The notes under the pieces were generated by a model. It did not search any database. It worked only from the letters and a program-made list of their open reading frames with translations, and was not told the origin of the DNA. The position numbers and the translations under genes are program-made. A stretch of 63,523 nt of DNA, filler included, from Octopus bimaculoides (taxonomy: Eukaryota): assembly GCF_001194135.2 (NCBI RefSeq). It is 9 parts of 9 records of this genome, joined end to end, with 100 filler letters (N's around TTAATTAATTAA, not from the genome) between each part and the next. Parts side by side here need not be neighbours in the genome. Positions count along the whole stretch, not along the records: positions 1 to 5,953 come from NC_068992.1; positions 6,054 to 10,473 come from NW_026327745.1; positions 10,574 to 17,802 come from NC_068983.1; 6 more parts are not named here. One strand, 5' to 3'. Numbering within the stretch: the stretch's first letter is position 1; each line of letters begins with the position of its first letter. This document shows positions 1-12,477 of this stretch, piece after piece.

Positions 1-154
1 TATATATATATATATATGTTCATTTGCGTGAGAAATTGTGTTTCTAGTTGTGCAGGCAGGCATAATATATATATGCTAATATATGTACACACAAACACAT
101 TTATATATATACATACACATATATGTATATGTATATATATTACAGATATATGTG

Positions 155-185
<31 letters not shown>

Positions 186-203
186 ATATATATATATGTG
201 TGT

Positions 204-212
204 GTGTGTGTA

Positions 213-282
<70 letters not shown>

Positions 283-346
283 GCTAGCTAGCTAGCTAGC
301 TAACTAACTAGCTAGCTAGCTAGCTAGCTAACTAACTAGCTAGCTA
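204..346. repeat. (CTAT)n followed by (CTAG)n compound microsatellite
   Basis: Directly visible tetranucleotide arrays. Confidence 0.95.
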
Positions 347-1032
347 TCTACATCAATATATATTTGTATTTGTTTAAGTTTTGAAATTATTTTCACTCTG
401 TTTCCGTCACACGCATCGCATGTTTACACGGGAGTGTGTACGCGCATGAGTACTGAGAACATACATAAATATAATATAATATTGCTAAAGTACATTACGC
501 TAAAATTTATCTGTCATAAAATATCTTCATATTGGTAGGCGGATGCTATGTTAATTGGTAAATCTACGACAGTAAGTTTTGTTAAAATACATAAATAAAT
601 TGGTAGTCTATGAATTTATACGGTGGGTGATACCAAGTGGACGATTGAGAAAGTGAATGATGCATATCGATCTATATGGATACTGAGATTGACATAATAA
701 ATATTTGTAGCTGTTAGAGTAAATATGTCGAGTGGTGGTGGGGAAGCGGTCGAGGAATATGTTGCATATATATATATATATATGTCTTTACACACACATA
801 CACACAGACACCCATACACACATGAAAACATATCTATATATATACATATATATATATACGCACACACATGCATACATATACATGTACACCCATATACACA
901 CACAAAAACACATATTTTTTTAAAATCTATGTACAAAGACATTTACGTGTTTATATGCATATATATAATGTGAAACAAGGTAGGAAAAAATAGTACTCGA
1001 ATACCGGAGGCAGAGTAACTTGCTTTATTTGA

Positions 1033-1151
1033 TAAAGCTGCAATAACATCACAGAAATTTCACCAAAAACCCACGTGTGTCAGACAGTCCGAGCTTGAAA
1101 CTCTGAGTAGCAGTTTTTTGGTGATATTTTTGTGATGTTTTTGCAGCTTTA
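1033..1151. repeat. Fold-back (inverted) repeat with hammerhead-like remnants in the loop
   Basis: 1033-1070 TAAAGCTGCAATAACATCACAGAAATTTCACCAAAAAC pairs with 1113-1151 with few mismatches. The loop contains GAAACTC-T-GAGTA on + and ACTGTCTGAC on -. Confidence 0.75.
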
Positions 1152-1156
1152 ATAAT

Positions 1157-1359
1157 CTTTTCTACTCTAGGCACAGAGCCCGAAATTTTGGGAGGAGGGG
1201 GTCCAGTCGAGTAGATCGACACGAGTACGCAACTGGTACTTAATTTATCGAACCCGAAAGGATGAAAGGCAAAGTCGACATCGGCGGGATTTGAACTCAG
1301 AGCATAAAGGCCGACAAAATACCGCTTAGCATTTCGCCCGGCGTGCTAACGTTTCTGTC
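1157..1359 (-). mobile_element. tRNA-derived SINE, family A
   Basis: The reverse complement matches the intact copy at 15321-15551 (GAAACGTTAGCACGCCGGGCGAAATGCTAAGCGG...GAGTTCAAAT...GTCGACTTTGCCTTTCATCCTTTCGGG). Confidence 0.9.
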
Positions 1360-1955
1360 TTATGTAGCTTTAATAATAAAGTATATATATATATTATATG
1401 AATATACATGCATATATATTTACACACACATGCATTATGAATGTGTGTACACCTTTTCATGCACACTCAATCTCACATATGCATACACGCATAAATTACG
1501 TTTCCATGGAAACAGCAAATGCTTACAAATGCCTAAGAAAAAATTCTTCGCAATCATGAGGCACCGGGTTCGCATAGAATATGTGGCATCAAGACCATAC
1601 AGGGGCTAACATTGTTAAGAAAACTGAATAGATAGAAAAAAGATCAGAGGACTATTCGTTGTATTGTATCTGTTATTCCACGAGCGAAGTCTTCTCACAC
1701 ACTGTTTCACGGCGATTCCAGGTTAGCATAACGTCGTTCCATGTGTCTGAATCTTTGCAGAATAGTAAGTCAATTACACGCTATTTCAATGTCTACGGAT
1801 TCAATACATTGTACAACAGAATACACATCGTCAAGACCGAAAGAAATCAGTTTATCTAGTGCGTGTTTGTGTATGTATACGTATATACATGTATGTAGGT
1901 GTATCTACTTATATATGTGCACACAAACACACAAATATATGTATACAATCATACA

Positions 1956-1996
<41 letters not shown>

Positions 1997-2853
1997 CAAA
2001 AAATGGATTTTATATATTTGTTATAGGCATACATATGTTTCCGATAAATATTGAAGGGGTTTACTGACATAAATCAATCGTATTAATCAACCGATTCATA
2101 GTCGATCGACTGAAGGAACAGAGAACAGTCTCACACCTCTATCTGCTTCAGATCCACAATTAACTGACTTCCATAACAAAGGATTACANNNNNNNNNNNN
2201 NNNNNNNNNNNNNNNNNNNNNNNNNNNNNNNNATATATATATATATATATATATATAATATACTTTTAATTCAGGTCTCGTTTGTGAAATATTTTCAGTG
2301 TTAGCCCCACAGATTTTTTAACTGCAAGAACATAAACAGTAAAACGAGTCTGGCGAGTTTCGAAACATTTTAGATCATCATCAGAGTATGAATACCTATT
2401 TCTGTCCACAGAGAAAATAATTACATACAACTATATGCAATGCATGGAAACACCAGCGAAGTTAGAAATGATCTCATTTACATAACAGTGAATGTGCCGC
2501 CGAGAACGTGGATAATTAATTAAATTAATAAGTTTTTTCTTGATCCTAATATCTGTCTACTTTTACCGGCTAAACATGGTGTCACAAGGGAATATGTTTT
2601 TATGAATGTTTTTTAGACGGAAACTTAATACAGCGTCCTGGGAAATATTTAATGTAACATAATTGCTCCAAAATATGTTTGTTTATTTATTTTCATCTTT
2701 TGTTCGAATTTCTTCGTGCATATATGTGTGTGTGCACGTATGTGTGTTTGTATGCACACAAACACACACACACACACGTATCTATATACACATACATATA
2801 TATTATATATACACATATATAGATGTATATATGCATGTATTTATTATAAATAT

Positions 2854-2887
<34 letters not shown>

Positions 2888-3396
2888 NNNNNNNNNNNNN
2901 NNNNNNNNNNNNNNNNNNNNNNNNNNNNNNNNNNNNNNNNNNNNNNNNNNNNNNNNNNNNNNNNNNNNNNNNNNNNNNNNNNNNNNNNNNNNNNNNNNNN
3001 NNNNNNNNNNNNNNNNNNNNNNNNNNNNNNNNNNNNNNNNNNNNNNNNNNNNNNNNNNNNNNNNNNNNNNNNNNNNNNNNNNNNNNNNNNNNNNNNNNNN
3101 NNNNNNNNNNNNNNNNNNNNNNNNNNNNNNNNNNNNNNNNNNNNNNNNNNNNNNNNNNNNNNNNNNNNNNNNNNNNNNNNNNNNNNNNNNATATATGTAT
3201 ATAAGTATATGTAATATGTAATACGAACACACACACACTCAAACGCACACACACACACACTATACGCGCACACAAATAAGCAGAATACGAATGCTTGTGT
3301 GTGTTTATATATGTGTACGTGTGACATAATGCATGAGCGAATGTTTGGATAATTGTATCCATAGATACCTTTTTGCAGGTCTATCTGTCTATTTAC

Positions 3397-3428
<32 letters not shown>

Positions 3429-3434
3429 TTATCT

Positions 3435-3466
<32 letters not shown>

Positions 3467-3476
3467 CCTGCCTGCC

Positions 3477-3515
<39 letters not shown>

Positions 3516-3867
3516 GTTTTTCCTGAGCACCAGTTTTAGCGTTCCTGTGTCCAACGCATTTCTCCGCATTTGAACAGGCCAGGTTGCTCCCAAAGAGAGA
3601 GAGAGAGAGAGAGAGATATAAACGGAGAGCGAAAGGAAAGAATCGACTCGAGTATATCGCTGCTATTTTCCTTATCGATCCCATAATGATGTCAGGTGAA
3701 GTTGACCTTGGCGATGTTTGAACTTAACTTTCAGTGCAGAGAACGAAAACAAATAGCAAAAAGAAATAGACCCAGTTCCATAAGTACTATTCCGTTTGTC
3801 CGACATCCAAGATGAGAAATATTTCTTAGATATAAATACGTACATATTCATAGATTAATATACAGGC

Positions 3868-4270
3868 GAACGAATGGCGCTGCCTTTTCGGATTCAGATA
3901 ACTGCGTGATACCTTGGGCAAATGTCTTCTGCTATAGTTTCTCCAGGCCGAAAGCTTGCGAGTCGATTTGGTAAACGGAATCCGAAAGAACACACACACA
4001 CACACACAAGCACACACGCACACTCATGCATGAGTGTATGTGTGCGTATGTGTGCGTGATTTGTGATTGGTTTGTGTCCTCTCGTGCCACCGCTTGACAA
4101 GCAGTCATGGGTCGTTCAGGTCCCCCTAACTTAACAGTTCGGTAAAAGAGATCATTAGAATAAGCAGAATACGTACAAGGCTTAAAAAGAGCTACTAAAT
4201 CGGTTTGTTCGACTACAAACTTCGAAGCGGTACCCCAGCATGGCCGCAGCCTAATTACGGTCGCGAGCAA
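3868..4270 (+). mobile_element. tRNA-derived SINE, family B (diverged)
   Basis: ACCTTGGGCAAATGTCTTCTGCTATAG core, an internal (CA)n, and a CCCAGCATGGCCGCAG 3' motif as in 34652-35049. Confidence 0.75.
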
Positions 4271-4340
4271 CATATAAAGCATATAAAACAAATAGCTCAT
4301 TTATACATACATAGGTACATACGAACATACATACATACAG

Positions 4341-4371
<31 letters not shown>

Positions 4372-5997
4372 NNNNNNNNNNNNNNNNNNNNNNNNNNNNN
4401 NNNNNNNNNNNNNNNNNNNNNNNNNNNNNNNNNNNNNNNNNNNNNNNNNNNNNNNNNNNNNNNNNNNNNNNNNNNNNNNNNNNNNNNNNNNNNNNNNNNN
4501 NNNNNNNNNNNNNNNNNNNNNNNNNNNNNNNNNNNNNNNNNNNNNNNNNNNNNNNNNNNNNNNNNNNNNNNNNNNNNNNNNNNNNNNNNNNNNNNNNNNN
4601 NNNNNNNNNNNNNNNNNNNNNNNNNNNNNNNNNNNNNNNNNNNNNNNNNNNNNNNNNNNNNNNNNNNNNNNNNNNNNNNNNNNNNNNNNNNNNNNNNNNN
4701 NNNNNNNNNNNNNNNNNNNNNNNNNNNNNNNNNNNNNNNNNNNNNNNNNNNNNNNNNNNNNNNNNNNNNNNNNNNNNNNNNNNNNNNNNNNNNNNNNNNN
4801 NNNNNNNNNNNNNNNNNNNNNNNNNNNNNNNNNNNNNNNNNNNNNNNNNNNNNNNNNNNNNNNNNNNNNNNNNNNNNNNNNNNNNNNNNNNNNNNNNNNN
4901 NNNNNNNNNNNNNNNNNNNNNNNNNNNNNNNNNNNNNNNNNNNNNNNNNNNNNNNNNNNNNNNNNNNNNNNNNNNNNNNNNNNNNNNNNNNNNNNNNNNN
5001 NNNNNNNNNNNNNNNNNNNNNNNNNNNNNNNNNNNNNNNNNNNNNNNNNNNNNNNNNNNNNNNNNNNNNNNNNNNNNNNNNNNNNNNNNNNNNNNNNNNN
5101 NNNNNNNNNNNNNNNNNNNNNNNNNNNNNNNNNNNNNNNNNNNNNNNNNNNNNNNNNNNNNNNNNNNNNNNNNNNNNNNNNNNNNNNNNNNNNNNNNNNN
5201 NNNNNNNNNNNNNNNNNNNNNNNNNNNNNNNNNNNNNNNNNNNNNNNNNNNNNNNNNNNNNNNNNNNNNNNNNNNNNNNNNNNNNNNNNNNNNNNNNTAT
5301 ATATATATATATATTATATATATAAGGTATAAGTTAGAGGCGTTAAGCCCTCTAAGGAATAGAAGTATTCAGAGGCACTCCTGGTAATTACCTTGGTAAG
5401 TATGGTCCTTGGTATAAGGTATACGACAGCAGGTAATTTAAGAGGTAAACCGTAGTTTAATGTATATATAGACTATAACAAAATGTTTTTCTTCCATTTT
5501 CTTGTAGATATATATATATAAATAAACACACACACATATATATAGGTGGGACATAGATCATATTAGATCTATGTTTGTACGTGTGAGTGTTTGTGTGTGC
5601 GTGTATGTGTATGTGTGTATGTGTGCGCTTGTTTGTTCGTTTAGACGAGTATTTACTCAAGGTGGGTGTGTACAGAATCATTGAATAACCTTACTCGCAA
5701 GTGCAATGCACTCTGTATCATGAGTGCGCGCGCATGCGCATGAGCGTGCTATAGCATGCGGGTTCGCGTTCGTGTGCAAGTGTGTGGTGCGTGCATATGC
5801 GTTTGAATATACATGTACGCAAGCGAAAACACGCATGAGTGTGTGTCTGCACATGTCCTTATATTCTTTTATTATCTTATTCTTTTACTTGTTTCAGACA
5901 TGTGACTGGGGCCATGCCGTAGCACCGCCTTATATATATATATATATATATATNNNNNNNNNNNNNNNNNNNNNNNNNNNNNNNNNNNNNNNNNNNN

Positions 5998-6009
5998 TTA
6001 ATTAATTAA
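5998..6009. other. Assembly gap spacer TTAATTAATTAA embedded in N runs (also at 10518, 17847, 34525, 41346, 44913, 58848, 61013)
   Basis: An identical palindromic 12-mer with stops in all six frames sits between N blocks eight times. It is a scaffolding artefact, not biology. Confidence 0.95.
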
Positions 6010-6174
6010 NNNNNNNNNNNNNNNNNNNNNNNNNNNNNNNNNNNNNNNNNNNNATATATACGTGTATATGTGCATAAATAACCATATAGACATGAACACA
6101 CGCAAAGCTAACCCCGATGCATACAGGCAAAAACTCGTTATCAACAACACTCACACGTCGATGCACTCGTAAAT

Positions 6175-6214
<40 letters not shown>

Positions 6215-6499
6215 GCGTACACACACACACACACACACACACCTCTACATGTATAACTTTTTTGTCCTTTCGCCATAAGAATATATACGAAATTATGCCC
6301 ACATACATACACACACGCGCACACACACACACATGTACAATATTCACACACACTCATAAATGCAAAGAACGGAGCTTACACACATAAAGCACACACTCAT
6401 ATACGCAGAAACCGGCGTAGAAAATCATATATACACGTATATAGATTAATATAAAAGTCTCACCAGCGTCCAAAAACAAACTTAAATATCTGATTATCG

Positions 6500-8360
6500 G
6501 CATACCAATGCACGCAGATACACACACACGTGCGCGTATACTTTTGCACGCGCACAGACGCACACATACGTACAAATACACACATGTGTGCACACATATA
6601 TATATGCGCCTCATAGATACATGTATGCACGCACAACACATACATACATTGAAATACATGCAATCATACAAACATACAAATAAATTTCGCATAAAACCAA
6701 ACTGAAAGACGTCCAAGAAGACTCTACATACACACAGACACACACACACATACACACACATACAGACAAAGGCACGTACAGACCCACACACACATACAGA
6801 CAAACACACATATAGACACACACACACATACATACACATACAAACACACACACATACTGACACACACACATACAGACACACACATACACACATACATACA
6901 CACACATATACATATGCACACACGTACAGATACACACACATACATACTGACACACACACACACGCATACACACAGACACACATACAGACACACACACATA
7001 CAGGCACACACATACACACATACATACACACACTTATACATATGTACACACGTACAGACACACACATACAGACACNNNNNNNNNNNNNNNNNNNNNNNNN
7101 NNNNNNNNNNNNNNNNNNNNNNNNNNNNNNNNNNNNNNNNNNNNNNNNNNNNNNNNNNNNNNNNNNNNNNNNNNNNNNNNNNNNNNNNNNNNNNNNNNNN
7201 NNNNNNNNNNNNNNNNNNNNNNNNNNNNNNNNNNNNNNNNNNNNNNNNNNNNNNNNNNNNNNNNNNNNNNNNNNNNNNNNNNNNNNNNNNNNNNNNNNNN
7301 NNNNNNNNNNNNNNNNNNNNNNNNNNNNNNNNNNNNNNNNNNNNNNNNNNNNNNNNNNNNNNNNNNNNNNNNNNNNNNNNNNNNNNNNNNNNNNNNNNNN
7401 NNNNNNNNNNNNNNNNNNNNNNNNNNNNNNNNNNNNNNNNNNNNNNNNNNNNNNNNNNNNNNNNNNNNNNNNNNNNNNNNNNNNNNNNNNNNNNNNNNNN
7501 NNNNNNNNNNNNNNNNNNNNNNNNNNNNNNNNNNNNNNNNNNNNNNNNNNAAACCAAACTGAAAGACGTCCAAGAAGACTCTACATACACACAGACACAC
7601 ACACACATACACACACATACAGACAAAGGCACGTACAGACCCACACACACATACAGACAAACACACATATAGACACACACACACACACATACATACACAT
7701 ACAAACACACACACATACTGACACACACACATACATACACACACATACACACATACATACATACACACACATATACATATGCACACACGTACAGATACAC
7801 ACACATACATACTGACACACACACACACGCATACACACAGACACACATGCAGACACACACACATACAGGCACACACATACACACATACATACACACACTT
7901 ATACATATGTACACACGTACAGACACGCACATACAGACACACATACATACTGACGCACACACGCGTACACGCATACACACAAAAACATACAGACACACAC
8001 ACACGGTCACACACACATACAGACACACACAAACACATACCGACGCACACATAGACACATACATACATACACACACATCTGCATACACGCACACATAAAC
8101 ATAGATATTGAAAAGCACAGACACACACACAAAAGCCCGCGTGAGATATACGCATACAACCTCACGCTCATACACATATGCACACAAATATATTGACAAG
8201 AAGACACACACATACACACGGACATGGACAAAGACAGGCGCACACACACAAGCACGCATATAGTTATACGCATACAGTCTCACGCACATGCACATATGCA
8301 CACAAACACACTAACAAGCAAACACACACAAACACACATATGCAAGAAAATATATGCAAC
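6500..8360. repeat. Degenerate (CA)/(TA)-rich low-complexity array, partly duplicated across a gap
   Basis: ACACACATAC-type units. AAACCAAACTGAAAGACGTCCAAGAAGACTCTAC occurs at ~6693 and again at 7551. Confidence 0.9.
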
Positions 8361-9329
8361 CAATAACACACAGATAAAGGAAAAAAACACAATAAAAAAA
8401 AATTGCACTGAACAAACTGCTTTATACCCGTAGAGAACACACATAATATGGGTGCATACACGTATACATACTTGCGTACGAATAGGGAAATACAGATGCG
8501 CTGTACTGGAACTGGAACGACACAAACACACACACGTTCTTTCAAGATTTGCACTTCCAAACTNNNNNNNNNNNNNNNNNNNNNNNNNNNNNNNNNNNNN
8601 NNNNNNNNNNNNNNNNNNNNNNNNNNNNNNNNNNNNNNNNNNNNNNNNNNNNNNNNNNNNNNNNNNNNNNNNNNNNNNNNNNNNNNNNNNNNNNNNNNNN
8701 NNNNNNNNNNNNNNNNNNNNNNNNNNNNNNNNNNNNNNNNNNNNNNNNNNNNNNNNNNNNNNNNNNNNNNNNNNNNNNNNNNNNNNNNNNNNNNNNNNNN
8801 NNNNNNNNNNNNNNNNNNNNNNNNNNNNNNNNNNNNNNNNNNNNNNNNNNNNNNNNNTATATATATATACCTGTATATATATATATATATATACGCAATT
8901 TATACAGCAAAGATACACAAACACACTCACACATACATATATACATACATACATACATACATACATACAAATAGATACATACAGACATACAAATACATAC
9001 ACACATACATACGTACATACATACTCACATACATACATACGTACGTACATACATGTATACATACATACATACATGTATACATACATACATACATACATAC
9101 ATACATACAAACATACAAACTATCCATCTCTGTCTCTATCTGTCTGTCTCTCTCTATTTATCATTCTATCTATCTGTCTAGCTATATATACATATATACA
9201 TATATACACACATATATATATACAATGATATGTAAGTATATTTAAGTAAGTATATATATATATATTTGCATATATATATATATATATACTTATACAAATC
9301 TATGCACTTGTAGCTGTATATATTATTGC

Positions 9330-10216
9330 ATATATATTCTTTTACAATTTTCTGTCATTTCACTGCGGTCATACAGGAGCACTGCCTTAAAGGGTTTTAG
9401 TCGAAAAAATCGAACCCAGGATTTATTCTTTGTAAGCCTGGTACTTATTCTATCAGTCTCTTGTGCCGAACCGCTAATTTAGGGGGTCGTACACACATCA
9501 ACGTCAGCTGTTAAGTGATGATGAGGGGGTGGGGAGGACAGGAACAAAGGTAGACACACAGAGAGGCTTCTTTCAGTTTCCTCCTACCAAATCTACTCAC
9601 AATACATTAGTTGGTCCGAGTCTATCGAAGATGACATTCGCGCAAATTGCCACGCAGTAGGACTGAACCCGAAAACAGCTCTTTTACATGTTTGAGTCAT
9701 TTGCCTCCGGTCATGCTGGAGCACCGCCTTTAGTAAGGCAAATCAACCCCAGGACTTTCTAAGCCTAGTACTCATTCTATCGGATTCTTATGCCGAACCG
9801 CTAGATTACGAGGACGTAAAAACACCAACATCGGTTGTCAAGTGATGTGATGGGGGAGGGCCAAACACACACACACACACACAAATACATACAGGGATAC
9901 ATATATATATATATTCTTTTTGTCTTTTATTCTTTTATTTGTTTCAGTCATTTGACTGTGGCCATGCTGGAGCACTGCCTTTAGTCGAGCAAATCAACCC
10001 CAGGACTTATTCTTTGTAAGCCTAGTACTTATTCTATCGCTCCCTTTGCCGAACCGCTAGCTTACGGGGACGTAAACACACCAACATCGGTTTCCAAGTG
10101 ATGGTGGGGGTACNNNNNNNNNNCGCTCCCTTTGCCGAACCGCTAGCTTACGGGGACGTAAACACACCAACATCGGTTTCCAAGTGATGGTGGGGGTACA
10201 AACACAGAAATACAAA

Positions 10217-10299
<83 letters not shown>

Positions 10300-10475
10300 A
10301 TATTTATATATATATAAGATGGGTTTCTTTCAGTTTCCGTCTACGAAATACACTCATAAGGCTTTGGTCAGCCGTAGGCTATGGTCGAAGAGATTTGCCC
10401 AAGGTGCCACACAGTCGGACTGGATCTGGAACCATGTGGTTAGTAAGCAAGCTACTTACCACACAGCCACTCCNN
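9330..10475 (-). mobile_element. Cluster of three family-B SINE copies/partials (~9330-9690, ~9690-9880, ~9920-10475)
   Basis: Repeated GCGGCCATGCTGGAGCACCGCC...AAGCCTAGTACTTATTCTATCGG...GCCGAACCGCTA motifs and a tRNA-like head near 10400-10473. Confidence 0.9.
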
Positions 10476-10573
10476 NNNNNNNNNNNNNNNNNNNNNNNNN
10501 NNNNNNNNNNNNNNNNNTTAATTAATTAANNNNNNNNNNNNNNNNNNNNNNNNNNNNNNNNNNNNNNNNNNNN

Positions 10574-11367
10574 CAGCTCCCAAAATTATTGAAGAGGTTA
10601 ATGACCACTTCGGGAACCCAGGTTCCACACAAACCGTTCGCCAGGAGCTACACAAAGTCAGATTTCTCGGGAGGGCTGCAATCAGAAAACCACTACTTTC
10701 AAAAACAAACGTTGCAAAGCGTTTAGAGTGGAGGAAAAACCTACTGAATTGGTCGCTGGAGCAGTGGAAGAATGTAATTTTCTCGGACGAGTCATCCGTT
10801 ACCTTATTTCTGACCACCGGAAGCATTTGACTCAGACTGCCTTCTTCCAACTGTTAAACATGGAGGAGGATCTGTGATGATCTGGGGGACTATATCTTGG
10901 AAATCTGCCGGCCCAATGGTTTTCTTTCATGGTAGAATTTATAGTCAAGACTGTTTAAGCATTTTTTTGATCAAATTAATCCTATGGTTGCGGAACTGTT
11001 TCCGGAGGGAAACGCAATCTTTCAGGATGGCAATGCACAAATTCACACAGCTAAAGTTGTCACTGAATGTCACGAACATCTTATCTGGCCACCACAGTCC
11101 CCAGATCTCAATATTATTGAACATTTATGGTGCATTTTAGAACAATAAGTAAGGAGTCGATATCCTCCACCATCATCGCTACAAGAACTGGAAACTGTTT
11201 TAGCTGAAGAATGGACAAAAAATCCTTTGCAAACAATTCAAACTTTGTACGAGTCCATATCTCGTAGAATTCAAGCTGTAATTACTGCCAAAGGCGGTTC
11301 GACCTCATATTAAAGTAAATTTGTTTGAAATTTTAAGGTGTTTCCATTATTTTTTCCATTCCCTGTA
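10574..11367 (+). mobile_element. Tc1-type DNA transposon, 3' part with right TIR
   Basis: Transposase motifs plus the terminus ...TTTCCATTATTTTTTCCATTCCCTG|TA (TIR reading CAGGGAATGG..., TA target site at 11366-11367). The left end is lost in a gap. Confidence 0.9.
10576..11313 (+). pseudogene. Tc1-like DDE transposase remnant
   Basis: Translates to ...AIRKPLLSKTNVAKRLEW...WKNVIFSDESS..., MIWGTISWKSAGP, IFQDGNAQIHTAK...WPPQSPDLNIIEHLW...IQAVITAKGGSTSY*. It has internal stops and frameshifts. Confidence 0.92.
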
Positions 11368-11417
11368 TATATATANNNNNNNNNNNNNNNNNNNNNNNNN
11401 NNNNNNNNNNNNNNNNN

Positions 11418-11451
<34 letters not shown>

Positions 11452-11696
11452 CCGCATGTGACACAGCATACAAACACACATCTACACACACCCACATACA
11501 CCTACACTCCACACTCACAAAATCATGCATCACTCCACCATAACACATTCTATTATACGAGCAAAATATTAGGTAGTTCAGTTTCATAGTTCTACAAGAT
11601 TCTGACTTTGGCGTGAAGAAAAGCAAAGCATGATACTAAAATATCTGACGAAAGAGATTAGAAACCATCGGAAGTAAAGATCCAGGTATAAACTGT

Positions 11697-11727
<31 letters not shown>

Positions 11728-12287
11728 CTGCGCATATATACAATCATATCAAGGACCTATAATCCTTTAAGGGATGTTTGCATCCTAGTTCTCCGGTCTA
11801 TACCAGTGTTCATTGAAAGCTAAATACTTTAGCTTTGCATTGATGTATATTGGTATTTAAAATATTTTCTGAATGAGAAAAAAGAAGAAAATGGAAAAAA
11901 TGACGTATAGACATCAGTTTATTCAAAGATTTTCAAATCAATATAATATGAAATTCTTATCCCTAAAGCTGTTTCCATATCCAATTAGTTCAGTTAGAGA
12001 AATGAAATGAAATGAAATTAACTTAAAAATTTCATATTGAAACTGGTAAATTGAGTATTTCATTAGGGGAGAATTTCCAGAAAGGAGTTACATTCCAACG
12101 TTTTGGTCGACCCCTGACAGACTCAGATGTGTGCGCTTTGGTAATGTATATATTAAAAAAAAAACCGCTATGAGTATATTTATATATATTTATAAACAAA
12201 TATGTATGATATAGTAGTGCGCGTGCATTTGTTATACATAATAGTTGTTACTGGTAATGGTGTTGCAGTTAGGGTGAACTAGGTGTT

Positions 12288-12319
<32 letters not shown>

Positions 12320-12477
12320 AAATAGAGAGAAAGATAGAGATAGGTTGAGAGAGAGAGCGGGAGAGAGCGGGAGAGAGCGGGAGAGAGAGGGGTGACATTC
12401 ATCATGTAATGGCGCGTGCGTTTGTCAAAATGTGGAAGTCAACAAAAAGTAAATGACGTATCAAAAACTGCTAATTA

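Noticed and set aside
10038-10199. Perfect 76-bp direct repeat on either side of a 10-N gap
   Set aside because: Identical copies flanking a minimal gap indicate an unmerged contig overlap.
11645-11670. CTGACGA...GAAAC word pair (also 23150-23190 on -)
   Set aside because: No stem I or stem II pairing, as expected by chance in AT-rich DNA.
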